From the human T2T-CHM13v2.0 reference genome, Homo sapiens: a stretch of DNA of 64,000 nucleotides. The stretch's first letter is position 1. Each line of letters begins with the position of its first letter. The notes under the pieces were generated by a model. The model made no database searches and was not told the DNA's origin. It saw only the letters and a program-made list of their open reading frames with translations. The DNA lies in the NCBI RefSeq assembly GCF_009914755.1, contig NC_060929.1. The stretch is one strand, 5' to 3'. This document shows, one piece after another, positions 54,001-64,000 of the stretch. The position numbers and the translations under genes are program-made.

Positions 54001-54905
54001 CATACCTTTATTTTGTTTCTGGGGCAAAATAGATAAAGCTATACTGTTTAGTTTTATTGAGTCACTTCCAATAGGTTTCCCAAGTTTCTTTAAAAATTTT
54101 GTGTATGAGTTGGAGAGAAAAGCTAGTCATGACTGAACTGTTATTGTAAATTAATCACTATTAGAACTTAGAAAAGGCAGATGACAGAAGCACACAAAAT
54201 CAAACACTAAAAAAAGATGTCTCTGGGTTCTTAAGTTTAGCGTGTATGAAGATCATAAGTAGGGATTTATTTATAGACACTCTTAGGTGTGTCCCAGGAG
54301 TATAAATTTTTAGTAAGTAACCCAACTTATGTCTAATGCTAGTGATCTAGGGACCACATTTTGTGAAATACTCTTCTAAGGTGGCTCTTCACAGAGTTCA
54401 TGATCTTGATGCAGGCTCTTTCCTTCAGTGCTAGTCAAAAGAGAACCTTGGACTTACCAGAGTGTTGATACTCTCTCTCAAACTCTCTGTAGAAATTGGC
54501 ATCCACAGATGTCTTAGAATAATTAAAGTTTGGAACCCTAGGATTATCAATGATTGAATGTGCTAGAATTTCTCTTTTGAGGGGGAAAATCTGATAACAT
54601 CTGTTTATATTTGTATTATGTTGTGGGTTTATGAAAAATAATTCTAGGGTGTTTGTTTTCATGCAGTTTGCTTGCTGGTGAACAGTGGAGATAGAATGTG
54701 ACTTAAAGTTTCTCTTCTCTTGCTAAAATTGAAGATTTACCTTTCAAAAGACCTATTAGTCTGTCATATGCTTATCCATATACAGACTTGCACTGAAGTA
54801 CACCTCTTCCTGCCCTGTTTATTAGATGAATTGGTAAACTTATTCAGAGGGCCAATTTCAAATGCAGTTTTGAAGATACCTTTCTCCTGGTATAGGGGAT
54901 GGCAC

Positions 54906-55727
54906 TGTTATAGGACTAACAGTTTCATATGCCCGTGTAGTAACAGATCAATACACTGAGATAGCAGGATTTGCAGCAGAGAAAGAATGTCATGATTGCA
55001 AGGTGTCCAGTGAGGAGATGGGAAGAGACCCTCAAATCCTTCATCTTCCTGAGGAGTTCTGGGCTGGGAGTTTTAAGGAAACCATGGAGAGTGAGGAGCT
55101 GGAAAATTGGGGTGGCTGATTGGTTGGGGAATGAGGGATGAAGTCATCAGGATGTGGAAACTACATTCTTTGGTGAGTCAGCTTCTGGTGGTATCCTTCT
55201 TTCAGAGCAGCTGGCATCAATGGGGTTTTTCAGACCAGCTGGTGTTAATAGTTTCATTGGTATGCAGGACCTAGAGGAATATCTCAAAGGGAAAACTAGA
55301 GGAATATCTCAAAGGGAAAACTTTGAGTTTCATAATGTTCAAGTTGTTACCTATAGAGCAGTTAAGGGAAACTATAATCTAGGATCTATGGGATTTGGGG
55401 CAATAGGCAGCAAACAGCCATGAGGAAGCAGGTCAGACAGCAAGCAGACCTGGGGATTAATGCTCAATGTGCTGCAAGCTTGGTTTATTTTTGTTTGTCC
55501 CCCTCTTCTTCCTTGGCTAATTTATAAAGTTTATAAGGACAGTTTTAGCATCTCTCATGTAAGAGTCTTATGACATACTTTATGGGAGGTCAGAAAATCC
55601 TTCCTAGGTTATTGACCTGCTTCAGGCGAAAAGGGCAGGGGGAAGGTTAGTGAGACCTTCCTGCATCCGCTGTTTTTCAGTATGCCAAGGAGGCCTGTTT
55701 TGGGGTAGTGTGTCCTGAATCCCATCA
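54906..55727 (-). mobile_element. ERV1 solo LTR (MER34/MER39/MER21-like, subfamily uncertain)
   Basis: Minus strand TGATGGGATTCAGGACACACTACCCCAAAA...GTCCTATAACA. Confidence 0.72.
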
Positions 55728-56175
55728 TTCTGTTCCTCCATCTTTCTGCACATCCATCCAGCATCTTGATAGAGAATAGAGCAACTTTATTCTGTCATTA
55801 ATAGAATTCAGATAGAATAGAGATTTGGGGCTGGAGAAAGTTGCCATGAAAGACACTATTTTGTCTCACATGCAGAAAAAGACACTAGATGTGTTCATTC
55901 AGTAACTAACTGCTAAATTGTAAATTTCATTTGATGACCTCAATGAGATGGAAGGGCTTTGTCTTAAATCACAGGTCGTTATTCCCTGAAGAAATTTTTA
56001 AAAAATCTTTTTTTGTGGGCTTGTTTTTTTATTATGGGAGTTAGGAAGGGAAGGCAGTGTATATTTGCCTTCTAGCTAAAATAGAATTTGTATTTTTGAG
56101 TTTTACTTAAATATGAAACCTGTGAAATAAATTCTGAACTGGTAATTAGTAATATCATTTATTTTTATTTAACAG

Positions 56176-56271
56176 GATAAAGATGATTCAGTTGATGCTC
56201 AAAATATTTGTCATGTGTGGCACATGAATGTAGAAGCCCTTCCAGAATGGATAAGCTGCCTAATCCAAAAA
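56176..56271 (+). CDS. RNF180: RNF180 exon 3 (aa 46-77)
   Basis: Acceptor TTTAACAG| and donor AAA|GTAAGT; 96 nt encoding [32 protein letters not shown]; joins both neighbours in frame. Confidence 0.93.
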
Positions 56272-56453
56272 GTAAGTTCTTAGTTTCTGAGTAAAATTAA
56301 GAATATACAACCTTCAGAATGTTTTTGTCCTCCTTTTAGAGCTATTTTTCTTAGATGCATTCCTTGGCCAACCTCTTACTGCTCCTCACTCCCATTACCT
56401 CTCTTCACACTTCTTTTCTCCTTTCTCCGCTTTATATACCTACCTGTGTTTTA

Positions 56454-56484
56454 CGCACACACACACACATGCACACACACACAT
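56454..56484. repeat. Imperfect (CA)n microsatellite
   Basis: Interrupted CA run. Confidence 0.85.
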
Positions 56485-57668
56485 AATATATGTTACTTTT
56501 AAATATACAGAAGCATATATATGACATATATATTATTATACACACACATATACATATTTACCTAAATACACATATAGCTTATTTAACTTGTTAATTGCCT
56601 AGCTCCCACCCTAGAATATAAGCACCATGAAGTCAGGGACTTTTATATTTTGTTCATTTGTATTTCCCAGCACCAAGAATAAGTCCTGTTGAATAAATGG
56701 AATATTCTGTATGTGTTATTCATATGTATACATATATACATAAATGCACAAGCATACAAAATAAATAGGATAATTAATGACCCTCATTGGTATAATCAAA
56801 ATGAAAATTCTACACTTTAAAGGATCCTTAATGAAATATTATAAGAGCAAGAACTGACCTGGTATGTGTAGTTATTTTTCACAATTCAAAACTCCTGTCT
56901 TAGAAAATTATAAGTAGTAGGACTTTGGAAATATATAATTACATTTCTCCACTGAGCAGCTTAATTATTTGTTAAAAAATAACATTTGATAGATATCCCT
57001 TTTCACACTGTAACAGTTTTCTAGGAGAATGCCAGTGCACTGTTTATAAGTGTCCTGAACTTAACAAAATATATTAGGACACTGCAGATATTTCACTATC
57101 TCAGTTGGAAAGATAATTTTAAGACAGTTCATTATTAATTTCCAATCTAAGCATAGAAAATGCACTGTCTGATGTATGCAATCAGTATATTTTGGTTGTA
57201 TGTAAAAAGCCAGGAAGAGCTTTATTCTGTTGGTTGGGTAACGTTCCCTCCCACAGTGCTTGGTATGCAAGAAGTGTATCAAAACAGATACTTTTCTGTG
57301 AGATTTTACTTGCAAATTAAGCTCTGTCCACTGATTTGCTTCCTGGTTCCATAGCATATTTTTCTTTAGTTCACACTGTATCCATATTCAACCTATTGTT
57401 CAAGAGACTCTCATTTAGAATTCTTAGGAATATTGTTTGGATGGGCATGATTTGCAATATGTTATCATTCTAGAACTTTGGCGCTGCTTATCTTTATTTC
57501 TTGGAAGGCTTGTTTTATTTGCTGTTCAGTCTACTAATCAGAAAACAGAAAGCTAGCCTTTTCTGTGGCATAGAAAACTTTCATGTGGCTGGCTTTAAAG
57601 AAAAAAAAATTTCTCTTCAGTTACTTTATAATGAAAGCACTGTCTTTATTCTTCTTTATTACCTGTAG

Positions 57669-58628
57669 GCCCAGTGGACAGTTGGAAAACTGAATTGTCC
57701 TTTCTGTGGGGCCCGTTTAGGGGGCTTTAATTTTGTCAGCACTCCAAAATGTTCCTGTGGCCAGCTTGCAGCTGTACATCTCTCCAAGAGCCGGACTGAT
57801 TATCAGCCAACACAGGCAGGCAGACTAATGAGACCATCAGTGAAATACTTGTCACATCCTAGAGTTCAGTCAGGTTGTGACAAGGAAGCTCTGCTGACAG
57901 GTGGTGGCTCTGAAAACAGAAATCACAGGCTTTTAAACATGGCCCGAAATAATAATGACCCTGGAAGATTAACAGAAGCACTCTGCCTGGAGGTGCGACC
58001 AACATATTTTGAGATGAAGAACGAAAAACTGCTGTCCAAAGCATCAGAACCAAAATACCAGCTTTTTGTTCCCCAGCTTGTGACTGGCAGATGCGCTACA
58101 AGAGCTTTTCATAGAAAATCACATAGTTTGGATCTGAACATCAGTGAGAAACTGACTTTATTACCCACTTTATATGAAATACATAGTAAGACTACTGCCT
58201 ATTCCAGACTAAATGAAACACAGCCTATTGACCTTTCAGGCTTGCCTTTACAATCTAGTAAAAATAGCTATTCCTTTCAGAATCCATCCAGTTTTGATCC
58301 TAGTATGCTGCTGCAAAGATTTTCAGTGGCCCCCCATGAGACCCAGACACAAAGAGGAGGAGAATTTCAGTGTGGTCTAGAAGCTGCTTCAGTGTATTCT
58401 GACCATACTAATACTAACAATCTGACTTTCCTGATGGACCTGCCCTCAGCTGGCAGGAGCATGCCGGAGGCCTCAGACCAGGAAGAGCACCTCTCCCCTC
58501 TGGACTTCCTGCACTCAGCCAATTTTTCATTGGGCAGCATTAATCAGAGGCTTAATAAGAGAGAAAGGAGCAAGTTGAAGAATCTAAGAAGGAAACAACG
58601 AAGGCGTGAAAGATGGCTACAGAAGCAG
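57669..58628 (+). CDS. RNF180: RNF180 exon 4 (aa 78-397)
   Basis: Acceptor TTACCTGTAG| and donor CAG|GTAATA; 960 nt open frame [31 protein letters not shown]...[27 protein letters not shown], ending in a basic coiled coil. Confidence 0.95.
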
Positions 58629-61600
58629 GTAATATTTTTCAAAAGAGTTTACTAAAAATCTGTATTATAAATACTGGAGTTTGGGGAGTGGAGCTAACTT
58701 TCAACATCTGTATAATAAAAACTTGGTTTTAGTAATTCTGGAAATGCTATTTCTCTCTGAGTGCACTCAGTAATCATGCAGCCATATTATAATTGGCATG
58801 TATAACCCAGTCTCTATGCTTCATGCATGTTTAGAAAAAACCTCTTTTGTGCAATTTTTCGCAATTCTAATATTTTAGAGGGATATTAATCTCTAATTAA
58901 CACTGGATTGTTTTTTACTATATTTTAAATGTATGACATATTAGGATTGTTTTGCAGCGGTTTTATTTTGGGTTGAAAAAATGTTTTTTTTAAATTTTGG
59001 GTTGAAAAAATGTTTCAGTAAATTCAATCAGGTGACAAAGTCATTCACTTTTCATCACATTTATAATAGCTTAAGTGGGTATTTCAAGAAGCCTTAATCA
59101 TGGGCTCACACGATCTAGTTATGATTAACTGTGCTAAATTGTGAAAATTATCTAAAGGGTAATTTACCCTTATTGTAATTTCGTAGGAGACTATGCTTCT
59201 CTATGATTTGATCTACTTCAGTACCCATAGTAATATGCTCCAGAGTAGGATGTGCGAAGGAACTGAACAGTAAATGTTAGGTGCTGTGGAAAGAAAGCAA
59301 TTAAAGCCAATGGATGAGATGCTCATGAACATTTGAAAGTTCGAACCAATATGTTTCTGAATAAACTTTTTTTTTTGCAAATTGACTTTATTATCTACTT
59401 ATTCATAATAGTGTCCTTATTAATCAGTGTGTTGTAAACAGAACTAAAATACAGAAAGCTGCAACTTGATATATTAGTTTTTTCTTTTAAAAATAGTTAA
59501 GTGAACTCATTATGGCTTATTCTAGTTTTGACTCAATGAAATAAAACTACTGCATTGAATGCTTCAGATTGAGTGTTTTTGTCATCTTTCAGTTACATAG
59601 TATAATTATTTCTATAGGTAATTTTTTATTATATTTTTGGTTGCTAAAACGCATTTCAGTTTGGTTTGTTTACAAGTGATAGTATAATGTGACATCAAAG
59701 TATATATTACAGAATGTAAAAAATGAATGTGTTTTAGCATCATTATAACATACTTCATAGTTTAACTTAAACTGTAAAATTCAAAATTTTCATTGAGACT
59801 CGAGCTATACATAGGTAAATTGGAAGTGATCATATGTTAAGTGAATATTCAGAAAGAATATTTTCAAAATGATTAATGTAATGTGGAGGGCTCTAAAATC
59901 TGTAGCAAATAGAAATGAAAAAGAAGTATGAAAATTATACTTTGTACTGTAAATATATGCAGATAACATCTGCAATTTAAAAATGTGTTTAATTCTTAGG
60001 CTAGGTAGTTTTGAAAACCTCAGCTACATGATTGATCATTTTCCATCATAGGAATACTCTTATACACAGTTTAGAGCAAAGCAAGTACAAAGTTAATGTG
60101 TTTTTTTTTTGTATAGATGAAGTTATTTGTATTCATTCACATACATATGATATAGCTTAATTGATCAGAATTAATGAGTCTTAGACCTGTTGTCACAGGT
60201 CAGTGTAGGGAGTGACATGGCAGGATCCTACAGAGTTTGATTGGTAGCACAGAAGCTACAGGCAAACAAATACCCAGTGTTTATTTAGCACAGTAAATTT
60301 TAAAGTGTATGGCAGCACAGAAATTTTGTGTTAGTGATATAAGTATACATCGCAGTTAGAACCAGAATAATTACAATTTTTAAGTCTGTTTTGCTAATTC
60401 AAGCAAAAAGACAAATCCTAGAAAGAGTAAATATCTGAGATAAATTAATGGCATAGCTGTGCAGTTCATTCCATATTTAATAAAGATTATGTAAACACTT
60501 ACTAAAGCTTGTTTGTGATACTGTGTCTTTGAGTAATGACTTCAGTACAGATCAATCTTGCCCTTTTTAAAATGAGGATAAACATACAATATGTAAAGTA
60601 AAAGTTACTATTATTAATGATAGTTTTTTAAAAATTTAAAATAATTGGTTGATATATCTGGATTTCCAACTTTCACTTGAAGTTTTTAATAAATGTTTGT
60701 AAGCTAGACATCTTTCAGTAATCTATGCCATGACAGAAAGTATTAATGACAGTACAGAAAGTTATTTAAATATTTGAATCTTAGGGATGTAAATGAGATT
60801 GATATTAAAGCAGACATTACAGCCAGTTTTCAGGGTTTTTGTTTAGCAAAAGTTAATTGAGCATCTACTTTGGGGAAAGACGTAGCACTGAGCCACATTT
60901 AACCAGCAAACCTCTTTTTTATCCAGCATAGTCCTTTTGTTTTTCATTTTTATTTTTTAAATTATCATGCAATAAAATTATTCTCTACATACAGCTTTAT
61001 GACTTACACACATGTAAAGGTTTATATAATGACCAACACAATGGACATACAGAACATTTTGATCACTCTCAAAACTCTCTTGTGCTATATACCTTTATAA
61101 TCACATGCTCATCCCGTCCCTAATCCCTGAAAACCACTGATGTGTTCTCCATTATTTTAGTTTTGTCTTTTTGATAATGTTGTAAAATATTAATATACTG
61201 TTAAAATATAGAATCCTATAGTATACAACCTTGAGACTGGCCTCTTTTACTCAGTAAAATTGCCTATAGATTCATGCAAGTTGTTTGCATATATTTATAG
61301 TTTGTTCTTTTTTATTGCTCAGTAGTATTCCATTGTATGAATGATCCACAGTTTATCCATTCAGCTGCTGAAGGACAAGTGGATTGTTTTAGGTTTTGCA
61401 AATTATGAATAGAACTTTTACAGACATTCATGTGCTTATTTTTGTGTGAACCTAATTTTTTATTTCTCTAGGGTAAATACTCAGGAGTGGGATTGCTGGA
61501 TCATATGGTAAGTATATATTTACTTATATGAGAAATTGTCAAATTGTTTTCCAGAATGGCTGTACCATTTTGCATTCCAAGCAGCAAAGACTTCCATTTT

Positions 61601-61777
61601 CTGTGCGTCCTTGAAAGCAAGCACTGGTATTCTCAGTGTTTTAAAATTTTAGTCATTCAAATACATAGACAGTTGTATCACATCATGACTTTAATTTGCT
61701 TTTCCTTAAGGATGCTGAACATATGTGCTTATTTTACATTTGTATATATTCTTTAGTTAAGTGTCTTCAAATCTTTT

Positions 61778-62063
61778 GGGCTGGTGTGGCAGCTTATGTC
61801 TATAATCCCAGCACTTTTGAGAGGCCAAGGCAGGAGGATTGCTTGAGTTCAGGAGTTCAAGACCAGCCTGGGCAACATAGCAAAACCTTATCTCTACAAA
61901 AAAAAAAATTAAAAAAAAATTAGCTGAGCGTGGTGGTGTGTGCCTGTAGTCCTAGCTACTTGGAGGCTGAGGTCAGAAGATTGCTTGAGCCCAGGAGTCC
62001 AAGGCTACAGTGAGCTATGATTACACCACCGCACTCCAGCCTGTCTCAAAAAATACAAAAACA
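61778..62063 (+). mobile_element. AluJ
   Basis: GGAGGATTGCTTGAG..CAGCCTGGGCAACATAGC..GTGAGCTATGAT; TSD AATCTTTT. Confidence 0.92.
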
Positions 62064-63585
62064 ATCTTTTACTCACTTTTTAATTGGGTTATTTTCTTTC
62101 TTTTAAGGGTTCTTTATATATTTGGGATACAAGTGTTTCATTTGATATGTGATTTGTAAATATTTTCTCTCAGTCTATAGCTTTTCTTTTTATTCTCTTA
62201 ATTTTTTTCCTGTAGAGCCAACCTGTTTAATTTTTATGACGTCCTATTTCTCAAAAAACGTTTTAATAGATTATGCTTTTGGTGTTGTATCTAAGAACTC
62301 TGCCTCGTACTAGGTTATGAAGATTTTCTCCTATGGTTTCTTCAAAAAGTTTTATAGTTTTAAGTTTTACATAAAATTGAGAATTAGGATTCATTTAAAA
62401 TTAATTTGTAATAAGTTGTGAGACTTAAGGGGTATATTATTTTACATAGAGATCCTCAGTTGTTTCAGCACCAGTTGTTGAAAACAATGTCCTTCCTTCA
62501 TTGAAATGCATTTGCAGCTTTGTCAAAAATAAGTTGTCTGAAAATGTGTGGGTATATTTCTGGACTCTGTTCTGTACAGTTCATATTTATGTCTGTGCTT
62601 TTGTTAGTACCCCTTTTTTCCTGTGACTTTGTTATTCTTTTTCAAAATGGTTTAGCTATTTTAATTTTTTGACTTTCCATATAAAACTTAAAATCAGTCT
62701 GTTTATATTTATAAAACATCATGTTGGGATTTTGATTGGAATTATATTGAAGCTATAGATAAACTTGGGGAGAATTGAAATCTTTACTATGTTGACTCTC
62801 GTAATACGTGAACATGGTATGTCTTTCTTTTTAAGTCTTTGATTTCTTTCATCAGCATTTTGCAGTTTCCAGCATTCAGAACCTGTGCATGTTTATTTAG
62901 ATTTATACCAAGTATTTTTTCTTTTGAGAGGAGTTATTGTTATTTAAAATTTTTTTGACTCACAATTATATATTGCTAATGTTTAAAAACACTATTTTTG
63001 TTTTGACTTTGTATCTTGTGTTATTAAGAGTATACATTCTTGACGTTTCTTGTCAGATTTATTCCTATTATTTTTAATGCTGTTGCTAAATGCTAATGTT
63101 TTATTAAATCATAGTTTCCAATTCTTCATTATAGTATAATGCTGAATGGAGGTGTTGAGAGCAGAAATCCTTGTCTTCTTCCTGATATTAGCATGAAAGC
63201 ATTCATTCACCAGTAAATATAATGTCAGTTGTATGCTCTTTTTCAGGTTGAGGACATTTTCTTCCATTTCTGGTTTGCTGATAGTATTCTCATGAATGGA
63301 TGTTGAATTCTGTAGAATGCTTTTTCTGTATGAGTTTGATATGATCATGTGTTTTCAATGTTAATAATAATTCACTATCAAATATTGAGATAGTCTTGCA
63401 TTCCCGCCATAAACTACACTTTGTTATACTATATTATTATGTGTATTACTAGATACTATTTGCCAATCATTTTTGAGGATTTTTTATGCCTCCGTCGTTG
63501 AAGAATATTAGTCTGAAATTGTCTCTGTTTTTTGTAATGTCTTTGTCTGATTTTGGTACTAGGGTATGATGGCCTTATGAAATGA

Positions 63586-63929
<344 letters not shown>

Positions 63930-64000
63930 GAGGATAACATTTTTTTACTTAAATCCCCAGTGTTTCATAGTGAAACTACCTGAGCCTGGAGATGTGTTTG

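Noticed and set aside
59155-59171. Inverted repeat AAGGGTAA-T-TTACCCTT
   Set aside because: An 8-bp arm is expected by chance in 64 kb of AT-rich DNA, and there is no supporting context.

Overview
Primate, most likely human, genomic DNA covering the 5' part of RNF180 (Rines, a RING E3 ligase) on the + strand. The gene was recognised from the translated exons, not by a database search. The window holds the CpG-island promoter with a non-coding exon 1 (donor after 10057) and three phase-0 coding exons (44919-45053, 56176-56271, 57669-58628; 397 aa). The RING and transmembrane exons lie beyond the window. Upstream (1-6074) is the 3' part of a defective class I HERV-I/LTR10-type provirus. Intron 1 contains an antisense MER4-group ERV1 remnant, a two-LTR MaLR provirus, solo LTRs, Alus, L1s (one with a twin-priming inversion) and DNA-transposon fossils. 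Main observations: (i) back-splicing of exons 2-4 would give a stop-less, ATG-initiated circular ORF bracketed by inverted Alus; (ii) exon 1 is open and in frame with the start ATG; (iii) three 40-50 bp direct duplications lie about 1 kb apart, one with an iterative templated-insertion scar. No prokaryotic-type system, CRISPR array, tRNA or rRNA is evident. Repeat subfamily names come from recall of consensus sequences and need RepeatMasker/Dfam confirmation.
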